Positions 1 to 7,706 of a stretch of 58,949 nt of DNA are shown one piece after another; the first letter of the stretch is position 1, and each line of letters begins with the position of its first letter. The stretch covers positions 1 to 58,949 of the IMG/VR virus record IMGVR_UViG_3300049049_000112; one strand, given 5' to 3'. Under the pieces are notes generated by a model. That model ran no database searches, was not told the DNA's origin, and worked only from the letters and a program-made list of their open reading frames with translations. This DNA comes from a virus. Both the position numbers and the translations under genes were made by a program.

Positions 1-127
1 GTGGCGAGCGCATCGCGCCTCCCGAGGAGGTGGAGTTCGTGATCGTCTCTGGGGGCACAGGCGTGACCGCCACCGAGGTCACGATCGACGGTCTCTCTTC
101 GCCGGACCTCGGCGGCGGGACGTTCGC
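1..127. repeat. 127-nt exact terminal overlap with 58823..58949; the contig closes into a 58,822-bp circle
   Basis: Both ends read gtggcgagcgcatcgcgcc...ggcgggacgttcgc; an ORF reads in frame through the junction. Confidence 0.95.
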
Positions 128-194
128 TGTCGCGAACTCCCGCTGGCAAGAGGAAGCGGACGACAACGAGAACTTCTTGACGGTCGAGGGATAG
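1..194 (+). CDS. 3' part of an 85-aa ORF that starts at GTG 58759 and crosses the circular junction; hypothetical virion-module protein
   Basis: Frame continues from 58759..58949 (codons from position 3); TAG at 192..194; next gene ATG follows at 198. Confidence 0.5.
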   Translation, partial: GERIAPPEEVEFVIVSGGTGVTATEVTIDGLSSPDLGGGTFAVANSRWQEEADDNENFLTVEG

Positions 195-197
195 GAA

Positions 198-2912
198 ATG
201 GCGCGCGGCAGCATCAACGTCACCGTAAGGCACGAGGGCGTGTTGGGCAGCGCGCTGTCCGCCTCTCGCGGCACCATCCCTGGCGAAGTGGTCACCCTAC
301 TAGGCAGCACCGCCGAAGGCGATTCTGGTGCAGGCCTGGCCCGCTGGGATGCTACCTCGGAGGCAGCAGAAGACGGTAACGACGTGTGGGGCACGGGGGC
401 CCCCGGCCGATGGCTGCGCATCACCACAGTAGGCGGGACCAGCGATCTAAATAGCGTCCTAGCCGCAGCCCTAGAGACCGAGGGCGGCACCGCTGGCCGC
501 GTCTTGCAGCTATCCGGGCAGCTGTCGCAACTCGACGGCGGGCACCGTCAGATGCTGCTGACCACGCTGGGCGGCGACACCGTCAACGACGCGACGTGCT
601 TCGAGAGCGCGTCGGCGGGCCTGTATTGGAAGATCATCGGCCCCGCGCGCCCGCAGATGTTCGGCTGCGTGTTTGGCCACGCGTTCAATCTTACCTCGAC
701 GCCAGGCACGTACGACGGCGAGCGTAAGATCCACGGCCGCAATCGTACGTATCCCGCAGCTGCTGGCACCAACAACGGCTGGCTATTCCAGTGGGATGCA
801 TCCTCCACAGCATCCACCTCGGACACGGTCATCCAGGCGACGGGAACGCCCACGGGCCGATGGCTGTACGTGAGCGACGCCGCTGCGGCAAACGTGACCG
901 GGCTGAACGCGTTTTTCGCGTGGTATGCCGCGCGGTCGGCAGAGGACCCGCACGCAGGCGACGTGGTCGACTGGTCTGGTATTTGGTGTATTGACGACAC
1001 TGTTACCCTCACAGGCGCAGACGAAAGCAACTTCAAGAGCGGGAAGCTCGTCGTCGTGCGCGAGCTAGATATCGGGCTCATCGTCACCGCGTACAAAGCG
1101 ACACACTCAGATTTCATTCGCGTAGTTGGCGTGGTCGAAAACACGACCAACTACGACAACCGCCTAATCACTCGCGCGTGCGTCCGCGTCTACGGCCGCA
1201 ACGGCACGTCACAGTACGAGGGATTCTACACAGACGGCTCCAAAAAATGGGGCGTAGAGATCTCGGACGAGTATGATGAGTTCGGCGTGGTCACCGTAAA
1301 CGCGGGGGTAATATCCTCCGACCTGGGCCTAATCAACGCGTGGAACTGCGGCTCGGCTGGCCCGAACGCTGGCTCGTGGAGCCAGACCTGGTCCTACACC
1401 GCGCGGTCGGACACGGGCACCACGAACAGCGTGAATCAGCGCACGGTATTGACCGTTCCGAGCATGTCTGAGTATGTGCATAAGAGCGCGTCGATTTACG
1501 TCGAGGCATCGGGCTGGCACTCAGTAGAGGCCGTTGACTATGACGCTAAGACGATCACGATCTACCCATGGCTGCGAATAGACAAGCAGAACCTAGGGTT
1601 CATGGATGGTGTCTACAACGAAGATCAGGAGACCATGGAGGGGGTCTTCGATGGGGAGAAGAGATTTCATACTGACGGCGATTGCTGGACGTGGGACGCA
1701 GACTCTGTAGCAGCCGCGTCTGCTACTGTCCTGCATCCTGTCACGGCGGGCTATCTGTCCGGCATCCCGAATGGTCGGTGGGTTAGTCCAGTCGCCAACA
1801 ATCAAAGCACTGGCGTGGTGCACTCGGCGCACGGCGGCGGGCTGTACATATACAGTCAGGACCAGACCGGCACTCGGCTAGGACTCTACGCGCAGCGTTG
1901 CGGCGCTGGCGTACTGGTAGAGGGAGCATTCGGCGGCGAGATCCGTAGCTTCGTCACGCAGACGACGGGCGCGTCATTCGTCTTGCGCGGGATCAACCTG
2001 GGCACGACGGTTTCGCATTTTCACCCCGAGACGCCTGCGCAAAACGTCGACTTTCTGGCGCACAAAACGAGCAACTACGAGCAGCCCACGACCTTTCAGG
2101 GGATGAGCGTCTACCGCCCCAAAAAGTGGATACAGCTCAATCCGTTATCGAGCTCAGGCGGCGCGTACTCAGAGGGTCAGCGCGGCATGCCCAGCGTGCT
2201 CATCCTGGACAATACCCCGCTTGGACGGCAATACGGCGTCCAGCCTCGGCGCAATGACGAGGGGACGTTCATCTCTCTGACGACTAAGCCCGGTCACAAC
2301 CTCGGGCTGACCACGCGATACCAGACTGCACCGACTATCTACCTTGGATTTGACTTTGAGGCCGACCGTCTGATCGGCGCGAAAGAGATCGCGTTCATCC
2401 GCGGTGGGAATCTTGCGGGCGGCGGCGCTGCTACCACGTTCTCCGTGGCCCTCGCTGACAGCGAGATTGCCGCGGGGCGCACGCTCATGAAATCGGTGCA
2501 GGGCCGCACCTCGACGGATCAGAGCAACTACACCCTACCGGCCTTCATTCGCCCCACTAAAGTATTCGCATATTACGATTACCTGCAAACAGACTGGCGC
2601 GTTTTTTGGGCTTTGGATGGTGCGGCGCCCGAGCTGCAGAAAACTGTAATTACCCCTGGAACCACGGGCAATGCGACGATTTACACAGCTTACGGACGTG
2701 TGAACTTTGCTGCAGGTGGTGCCACAACCCTTACTGTGACGAATCCACTCGCGAAGACAACGAGCGCGATCATGGTGCAATTCGTCGAAGCGCCTGACAC
2801 GACAGCTACTAAGGTCTGGGTCCCTGCAGCGTCGCGCCTAGCAGGCTCGTTCGTGATCAACATCAACGCAGCGGCAACAGCTGAGACAGCGGTGGAGTTC
2901 GTGATCTTATGA
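198..2912 (+). CDS. Large fibre/tailspike-like structural protein (904 aa)
   Basis: Longest late ORF; three copies of a W-x-W-D-A-x-S...G-R-W module (nt 345-413, 789-863, 1689-1781); stop overlaps next start (ATGA at 2909). Confidence 0.7.
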   Translation: MARGSINVTVRHEGVLGSALSASRGTIPGEVVTLLGSTAEGDSGAGLARWDATSEAAEDGNDVWGTGAPGRWLRITTVGGTSDLNSVLAAALETEGGTAGRVLQLSGQLSQLDGGHRQMLLTTLGGDTVNDATCFESASAGLYWKIIGPARPQMFGCVFGHAFNLTSTPGTYDGERKIHGRNRTYPAAAGTNNGWLFQWDASSTASTSDTVIQATGTPTGRWLYVSDAAAANVTGLNAFFAWYAARSAEDPHAGDVVDWSGIWCIDDTVTLTGADESNFKSGKLVVVRELDIGLIVTAYKATHSDFIRVVGVVENTTNYDNRLITRACVRVYGRNGTSQYEGFYTDGSKKWGVEISDEYDEFGVVTVNAGVISSDLGLINAWNCGSAGPNAGSWSQTWSYTARSDTGTTNSVNQRTVLTVPSMSEYVHKSASIYVEASGWHSVEAVDYDAKTITIYPWLRIDKQNLGFMDGVYNEDQETMEGVFDGEKRFHTDGDCWTWDADSVAAASATVLHPVTAGYLSGIPNGRWVSPVANNQSTGVVHSAHGGGLYIYSQDQTGTRLGLYAQRCGAGVLVEGAFGGEIRSFVTQTTGASFVLRGINLGTTVSHFHPETPAQNVDFLAHKTSNYEQPTTFQGMSVYRPKKWIQLNPLSSSGGAYSEGQRGMPSVLILDNTPLGRQYGVQPRRNDEGTFISLTTKPGHNLGLTTRYQTAPTIYLGFDFEADRLIGAKEIAFIRGGNLAGGGAATTFSVALADSEIAAGRTLMKSVQGRTSTDQSNYTLPAFIRPTKVFAYYDYLQTDWRVFWALDGAAPELQKTVITPGTTGNATIYTAYGRVNFAAGGATTLTVTNPLAKTTSAIMVQFVEAPDTTATKVWVPAASRLAGSFVININAAATAETAVEFVIL

Positions 2913-3670
2913 GCAGGCGCCAAAGCAGACGCGACGCGCGTGGAAGCATATCCGCTGCACCATCTTTCGCAGCGCAGATCTTAGCGTCCGGTGCAATCGT
3001 GCACTGGGATCCATCGTCAGGCGCGACCGACGACGGCACCACGAGCACGTGGGTAGACCGCATCGGCGGGTACTCTGTCGCGTCCACGTCGCAAGCCACG
3101 CGCGCGGTTTACTCAGCCTCGGTCGCGGGACTGAATAACCTTCCCGGCTGGGCGTTCACCGCAGCGAATTCAACGAAGCTCGTCGGCGCTGCAGCGCTCG
3201 CCGCCTTCCTCGACGGGACACAGCCGTATACCTGCATCGCCGCGCGAAAAGCTGTGCCTGCAGGGCCATTGAAGGTGGTGTGCGGCGCTGGCTCAACCAC
3301 TGTCGGCAACTGGGCTTATAATTACGTCAGTACGACTAACGCTGCAGCCGGTTTGTCGCGCAGGCAAGCGTCCACCGTGGCTAATGCTGGCACGATCTTG
3401 TCTGGCGCTAACCTTACTGTCGATTCATACGTGTACGACGGAGCAAACGTTCTCGCGCGGTCTAACGGCGTCTCGTCGCTGTCGTCTACAGCGAACGCTC
3501 AGGTGCCCGTGTGCGACATATTCGCGATCGGATGCGCTGTTTCATCCGGGGTTTATCAGAACTTTTTCGACGGCACGCTGGGCGACATCGTGATCTACAG
3601 CTCGGCCCTCTCGGGGGCGCCACTAGACGCAGTCGAGGCGCTGTTCATGGCGCGATACGGGACGACGTAA
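2909..3670 (+). CDS. LamG/concanavalin A-like lectin-domain protein, probable fibre accessory
   Basis: C-terminal FDGTLGDIVIYSSALSGAPLDAVEALF resembles the LamG (Laminin_G_3) signature; translationally coupled to the fibre gene. Confidence 0.6.
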   Translation: MSRRQSRRDARGSISAAPSFAAQILASGAIVHWDPSSGATDDGTTSTWVDRIGGYSVASTSQATRAVYSASVAGLNNLPGWAFTAANSTKLVGAAALAAFLDGTQPYTCIAARKAVPAGPLKVVCGAGSTTVGNWAYNYVSTTNAAAGLSRRQASTVANAGTILSGANLTVDSYVYDGANVLARSNGVSSLSSTANAQVPVCDIFAIGCAVSSGVYQNFFDGTLGDIVIYSSALSGAPLDAVEALFMARYGTT

Positions 3671-3685
3671 CGGGGGCGGCAGGTC

Positions 3686-3707
3686 GTAGTATCGCTCGTG
3701 CTATCCT
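3686..3707 (+). promoter_or_regulatory. Late-promoter-like box GTAGTATCG-N4-TGCTATCCT with no start codon behind it
   Basis: Near copy of 58374..58395; at the position where that copy has ATG this one reads AGT; faces the antisense side of the HNH gene. Confidence 0.5.
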
Positions 3708-3760
3708 GTGAGTAGTTTCTCTACTACCATCGGAGTAGCCTGTGAGCGAGTTGGACCAGA

Positions 3761-4285
3761 TCAGGTCAACGCTCTGGCCGGAGGGCTCAGCAGGTAGGCT
3801 TCGTACTGAGAGATCACTAACCCTGCGGGGCGCTGCGCGGCCTCGTACATGCCCAGTGCCCGGTTGCATGTAGAGCAAAGCAAGCCGCGTGCCTCTCCCG
3901 TCTGGTGGCAATGATCTGCCACCTCGCAGTACCGCCCCTGCCCGCCCACCTTCATGAACACGGCACATACGCAACATACGCCTCGCTGCACCTCTCTCAG
4001 TTTGGAGACAAGCGCGGCTGTGAAGCCTGTGGTCTTCTCTCGGGCGTAGGCCCGCCGGTAGGCTCTGTAGGCACTATCTTTTGCGTACCTCTCGCGGTGC
4101 CACCGACGCTGATAGTCGCGGCTCTTCTCCTTACCTTTGCCCGCGATGTAGGCCTTGTTCCGCTTCTTATCTCGCTCTCTCACCGCAGGGTCTGCTTGGT
4201 ACCGAATGCGCTGACGACACGTGCGGCAGTGGTGTTTGTAGACTCTCTTTCTACTACACCCCTCTGTCTGGCAGGGCTTGTCCAT
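3761..4285 (-). CDS. Endonuclease VII-type HNH homing endonuclease (paralog 1 of 3)
   Basis: ADHCHQTGEARGLLCSTCNRALG matches the DHxH-TG-x-RG-LC-x2-CN endo VII motif; opposite strand inside the late operon; ATG 4285 preferred over GTG 4300. Confidence 0.85.
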   Translation of the reverse strand: MDKPCQTEGCSRKRVYKHHCRTCRQRIRYQADPAVRERDKKRNKAYIAGKGKEKSRDYQRRWHRERYAKDSAYRAYRRAYAREKTTGFTAALVSKLREVQRGVCCVCAVFMKVGGQGRYCEVADHCHQTGEARGLLCSTCNRALGMYEAAQRPAGLVISQYEAYLLSPPARALT

Positions 4286-4290
4286 CTCGC

Positions 4291-4299
4291 ACACTAACA
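4291..4299 (-). promoter_or_regulatory. Extended -10 box TGTTAGTGT, 5 nt before ATG 4285 (leaderless)
   Basis: Minus strand reads tgttagtgt-gcgag-ATG. Confidence 0.5.
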
Positions 4300-4301
4300 C
4301 G

Positions 4302-4323
4302 GTAGTATCGTCCGTGCTAGCTT
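4302..4323 (+). promoter_or_regulatory. Late promoter box GTAGTATCG-N4-TGCTAGCTT upstream of the sheath gene
   Basis: Second copy of the 3686 box on the other side of the HNH gene; 35-nt leader with gagggg before ATG 4359. Confidence 0.55.
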
Positions 4324-4358
4324 GTGTATTGACTTTCTACTCCATTTTGAGGGGTCTC

Positions 4359-5678
4359 ATGAGTGAGTTGAGCGAAATCGTCAGCGTAAGTATCAGCGCG
4401 AACAGCGCTACTCCGAGCCGCCAAGGTTTCGGAACTCCTCTGCTTTTGAGCTACCACACCCGCTTTGCTGAGCGGTACCGTGTGTATGCTTCCACTGCGG
4501 AGATGGTGTCGGACGGCTTCACGACCTACGACGAAGCCTACCGCATGGCCGCTGCTGCGTTCGTGCAGGACCCGACTGTCGAGGAAGTCATCGTCGGGCG
4601 TCTGCCCAGCGCGCCGGCCTACTCAAAGGTGCTGACGATCACTACGGCTGTCGAGGGGCAGGTCATCAAGGCCACGGTCATCGAGCCCACAACCGGCACT
4701 GCTGTCGACCTGAGCTACACGGTCCTGGCTGCCGCAACGCTTACCACTGTTGCCACGGCGTTCGAGCTCTTGGTCGAAGCTGTGACCGGAGTGAACGCTG
4801 CGTCCAGCGTCGCAGACATCACCGTGACGCCCGCTGTCGCAGGGCGCCCCGTGCACATCTACGGCCTGCAGAACTGCACGATCGAAGAGAACACGGCGGA
4901 CGCTGGCTACGACACCGAGCTCGCAGCGCTGCAGCTCGAGAATGACGATTGGTACTTCGTCACGACCGACTCAGCCTCTCCGGCCAACGTGGCGGACGTA
5001 GCTGCCTGGGTACTCACGAACAAGAAGCTGTATTTCGTGGCGACCAACAGCTCGGGGGAGCTCGCGGGCACCGGTACGCTGGGCAGCGACCTCGAGGCAC
5101 TGAGCAACGATCGAACCGCCATCATCTACGCCAAGAACTCGCACGAGTACGCTGGCGTAGCGTGGGCTGCGAACGGCGCAGCGCAGACTCCGGGCAGCAT
5201 CACCTGGGCGTTCAAGACGCTTGCGGGCGTGACGGCGCAAGCGCTGACCAGCACCCAGCGCAACTTCCTCGAGGCCGACAACATCAACCACTACCAGACG
5301 GTAGCTGGGCTGTCGGTTACTCGCCAAGGCGTCACGACCGAGGGCGAGTTCATCGACATCCGGCACGGTATCGATGCGCTCGAGGCACGCGTGAAGGAGG
5401 ACGTCTTCGCTCTCATGGCGAACAGCTCGAAGGTGCCCTTCACGGCCTCCGGCCTGGACCTCGTGGCGAGCGCTATCCTCGGCGCCATGCGCGCCTTCGA
5501 GGGCACGGTAGAGTCGCCGGGGCTCATCGTGGCCGACACCTCGTACGCGATCATGCCCAACATCGCGGACATCTCCACCGCGGACAAGGCAGCTCGACGC
5601 TTGACGGGTGTACGCTTCGGTGGAACGCTCGCTGGGGCTATCCACTACGCCTCTTTGGTGGGCACGCTAACCGTTTAG
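4359..5678 (+). CDS. Tail sheath protein (DUF3383-like by recollection)
   Basis: 439 aa; N-terminus MSELSEIVSVSISANSATPSRQGFGTPLLL resembles the sheath family that pairs with DUF3277-type tubes; a tube gene follows. Confidence 0.7.
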   Translation: MSELSEIVSVSISANSATPSRQGFGTPLLLSYHTRFAERYRVYASTAEMVSDGFTTYDEAYRMAAAAFVQDPTVEEVIVGRLPSAPAYSKVLTITTAVEGQVIKATVIEPTTGTAVDLSYTVLAAATLTTVATAFELLVEAVTGVNAASSVADITVTPAVAGRPVHIYGLQNCTIEENTADAGYDTELAALQLENDDWYFVTTDSASPANVADVAAWVLTNKKLYFVATNSSGELAGTGTLGSDLEALSNDRTAIIYAKNSHEYAGVAWAANGAAQTPGSITWAFKTLAGVTAQALTSTQRNFLEADNINHYQTVAGLSVTRQGVTTEGEFIDIRHGIDALEARVKEDVFALMANSSKVPFTASGLDLVASAILGAMRAFEGTVESPGLIVADTSYAIMPNIADISTADKAARRLTGVRFGGTLAGAIHYASLVGTLTV

Positions 5679-6041
5679 CAGACGCTTCTTCTTTCTCTGG
5701 TTCTCTGACCACTTACGCTTGGCCTCCCTGCGCTTCTCCTGCAACTCAGGAGAAGCAGCTACCACAGCCCGTCTGGCCTCCTTTCTCGCCTGGTAGGCCT
5801 CCGGGTTCTGGGCTTTCCAGCGCGCCATGCAGTCTCTCTGAGACTGCAGCTTCCTCTCCCTGGCAACTGGGTCGCTCTCGTACTTCTTTTTGTCGGCCTT
5901 CCACTGGAGGCGATGGTCGTGCGCCGTCCGCTCTTTCTTGGCGTGGTTGAGGAGGTGCATGCTTTCAAAGCAGCCTCCGTCTACGCACACGCTCAGCCGG
6001 GAGAACGTCGCTTCGATCTCTTCGTGTAGGTCGGTGAACAT
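5667..6041 (-). CDS. Basic Arg/Lys-rich protein resembling the N-terminal regions of the endo VII paralogs but lacking the catalytic motif
   Basis: 124 aa; RERKLQSQRDCMARWKAQNPEAYQARKEARR repeats; TAGTGT box 6 nt before ATG 6041. Confidence 0.5.
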   Translation of the reverse strand: MFTDLHEEIEATFSRLSVCVDGGCFESMHLLNHAKKERTAHDHRLQWKADKKKYESDPVARERKLQSQRDCMARWKAQNPEAYQARKEARRAVVAASPELQEKRREAKRKWSENQRKKKRLLNG

Positions 6042-6058
6042 GTCCCGACACTACAGAA

Positions 6059-6298
6059 CTACTCACGGCGGCGCAACAGGATTCGCTCGTTCGCCAAGTA
6101 GGAAGTGAGCGCATTGATAGCGTCTTCGCTATTCGCGAATCCCGAAGTAGTCGCGCCGGCCAGGACGTACTCCCAGGTACCGTCGTCTTTGCGACGCACG
6201 ACGCCCGCGCGGCCGTCCGTCAGGTTCACCCAAGCCACGCCCGCCACGAGCCGAGAGGTCCAGAGCCAAGCCTGCGCTGTGTAGTACCGGTTGGCCAT
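6059..6298 (-). CDS. Hypothetical protein (79 aa), reverse-strand moron between sheath and tube
   Basis: Intact ORF with ATG 6298 placed 6 nt after a minus-strand TGGTACTCT box. Confidence 0.55.
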   Translation of the reverse strand: MANRYYTAQAWLWTSRLVAGVAWVNLTDGRAGVVRRKDDGTWEYVLAGATTSGFANSEDAINALTSYLANERILLRRRE

Positions 6299-6304
6299 GT
6301 ATCA

Positions 6305-6313
6305 AGAGTACCA
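6305..6313 (-). promoter_or_regulatory. Extended -10 box TGGTACTCT, 6 nt before ATG 6298 (leaderless)
   Basis: Minus strand reads tggtactct-tgatac-ATG; back to back with the plus-strand box at 6322. Confidence 0.5.
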
Positions 6314-6321
6314 CGGCCCTG

Positions 6322-6330
6322 TGCTACTCT
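6322..6330 (+). promoter_or_regulatory. Extended -10 box TGCTACTCT upstream of the tube gene
   Basis: 41-nt leader containing gaaagg before GTG 6372. Confidence 0.5.
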
Positions 6331-6371
6331 TGTAGTAGCCGCTACCCAGCTGTCGGCGAAAGGTACCCAAC

Positions 6372-6809
6372 GTGGCCGCTACTCCTCAGCTCACTATTTA
6401 TGACTTCGACCAAGTTACGGTCGCGCTTGGCCCGATTCTTATTGACGGCTTTCAGGAGGGCGAGGGCGTCACGCTCGAGGTCAAGGACACCTTCACGATG
6501 AAGGTCGGAGCAGACGGCAAAGTCACGCGCTCCAAGACGCTGGACCTCAGCGCCATCGTAACGATCACGGTCATGCAATCCTCGGCAGCGATGGACCTGT
6601 TGGGTGCCCTGCACTTGCTGGACCGCAACGCGCCCAACGGCGCTGGCGTCGTGCCGCTCTACATCCGCGACCGCGGCGGGCGCTCGGTCTACACCGGAGC
6701 CCAGGCCTGGATCGCGAAGGCCCCGGACATCACGTTCGGCAACGAAGCTACGCCCCGCGCATGGATTATTCATGTCGCCCGCCAGAACCGGATCGACGGC
6801 GGCAACTAA
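6372..6809 (+). CDS. Tail tube protein (DUF3277-like by recollection)
   Basis: 145 aa; position after the sheath gene; ILIDGFQEGEGVTLEVKDTFTMKVGADGKVTRS resembles this tube family. Confidence 0.7.
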   Translation: MAATPQLTIYDFDQVTVALGPILIDGFQEGEGVTLEVKDTFTMKVGADGKVTRSKTLDLSAIVTITVMQSSAAMDLLGALHLLDRNAPNGAGVVPLYIRDRGGRSVYTGAQAWIAKAPDITFGNEATPRAWIIHVARQNRIDGGN

Positions 6810-6863
6810 ATCTTGACGGCGGCAACTAGGCGCAGTAGCTTTTGACCGTCCGCGAGGCCAGTA

Positions 6864-6954
6864 CGGAGCTTGCTCCGGAAAACTTCCGCAGGTTCGAATC
6901 CTGCAAGCCTTCGTGGCTTTGGTGTGAGAGGTTGAAACAGGCGGACAAGCCGCC
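6864..6954 (+). other. Run of four hairpins in a non-coding gap, one being a canonical tRNA T-arm sequence
   Basis: cggag-cttg-ctccg (6864-6877); gcagg-TTCGAAT-cctgc (6888-6904); aagcc-ttcgt-ggctt (6905-6919); ggcgg-acaag-ccgcc (6940-6954). I could not fold a full cloverleaf. Confidence 0.35.
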
Positions 6955-6994
6955 AGAGTTGGGCCTGAACAAAACTAAGGCTAACTCTGGCGGC

Positions 6995-7003
6995 TGCTAC
7001 TAT
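6995..7003 (+). promoter_or_regulatory. Extended -10 box TGCTACTAT, 5 nt before ATG 7009 (leaderless)
   Basis: tgctactat-caagg-ATG. Confidence 0.55.
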
Positions 7004-7008
7004 CAAGG

Positions 7009-7689
7009 ATGAAGATCCTACGCAGCCTCATGATTCACGGCGTGGGCGAACAGACCTCCAGCTTTGCTGAGGACGCCCGCTACAACCTGCGCAAGGGGCT
7101 CAGGGAAAAAGGCTGGCAGCTGCACTGCACTCAGGTGCACTGGGCGCCCCTCGCTGACCGCGTGCAGCGCAAGTTCCTGAAGTCCGTCGAGGCCAAGGGC
7201 AGCCGCGGCAACATGACGCAGAAGCTAGTAGTTGGTACGCTGGCGGACGCTCTCATGTACCGGTCCAGCCCCGAGCTGCAGCAGCAGATCTTCCACATCA
7301 TTGACCAGCAGATCTGGATGCTGGGCGAGCCTGTTACTATCTTCGCCCACTCGCTGGGCGGGCTCATCGCGACCGACTACCTACGCGCGCGGCCCAGCTG
7401 CAAGAACGTGAAGCTCGTTACGTTCGGCTGCAACATCGGGCTCTTCACGCTGGGCGCGAACTTCGACTGCCCGCAGCAGCTGCGTAGGCCGAACAGCTGG
7501 GTCAACCTCTACGCGAAGTCGGACATGCTGGGCTTCCCCGTGGCCGTAGACCCCGCCCTGAAGCACGTGCAAGACGTGCAAGTCTCAGTAGGCAGGTGGT
7601 GGCAGGGCTGGACCGGCCTGGCTCACGTTCGATACTGGGATACCGACCGGCTGTGGCGCCGTACCATTCCGAAGCTTTTGGGTATCTAG
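7009..7689 (+). CDS. Alpha/beta-hydrolase fold serine esterase/lipase-like protein
   Basis: 226 aa; IHGVG oxyanion-type motif near the N-terminus; nucleophile elbow AHSLGG (GxSxG); later Asp (KSDMLG) and His (LAHVRYW) candidates. Confidence 0.75.
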   Translation: MKILRSLMIHGVGEQTSSFAEDARYNLRKGLREKGWQLHCTQVHWAPLADRVQRKFLKSVEAKGSRGNMTQKLVVGTLADALMYRSSPELQQQIFHIIDQQIWMLGEPVTIFAHSLGGLIATDYLRARPSCKNVKLVTFGCNIGLFTLGANFDCPQQLRRPNSWVNLYAKSDMLGFPVAVDPALKHVQDVQVSVGRWWQGWTGLAHVRYWDTDRLWRRTIPKLLGI

Positions 7690-7690
7690 C

Positions 7691-7699
7691 TGCTACTAT
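7691..7699 (+). promoter_or_regulatory. Extended -10 box TGCTACTAT, 7 nt before ATG 7707 (leaderless)
   Basis: tgctactat-cttactc-ATG. Confidence 0.55.
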
Positions 7700-7706
7700 C
7701 TTACTC

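Noticed and set aside
548-1150. Long antisense or alternative-frame ORFs inside well-supported genes. Examples: 548..1150 (-), 4949..5950 (+), 4971..5645 (-), 8083..9147 (+), 8375..9475 (-), 12561..13517 (-), 15190..16044 (-), 25687..26835 (+), 29392..30504 (-), 30764..31870 (+), 54558..55664 (-), 56345..57244 (-).
   Set aside because: They fully overlap ORFs with recognisable motifs and operon logic. Their products are Arg/Pro/Gly/Ala-rich, as expected for shadow frames in roughly 65% GC DNA, and they lack start-site signals.
6888-6912. A tRNA gene.
   Set aside because: Only a T-arm plus a possible 3' acceptor strand is present. I could not pair an acceptor stem or form a D-arm or a 5-bp/7-nt anticodon arm on either strand. 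It is kept only as a tRNA-like fragment.
7596-7706. Upstream extensions of track ORFs. Examples: 7596 for the chaperone, 47705 for portal, 50759 for protease/scaffold, 51851 for decoration, 52896 for capsid, 54563 for the methyltransferase, 56661 and 57113 for the neck genes, and the minus-strand equivalents at 20830, 21474, 21761, 25196, 27502, 27744, 28868 and 35223.
   Set aside because: The extensions overlap the preceding gene or intergenic promoter boxes and have atypical composition. Internal ATG/GTG codons with SD, ATGA/TAGTG coupling or a leaderless box give tidy operon packing.
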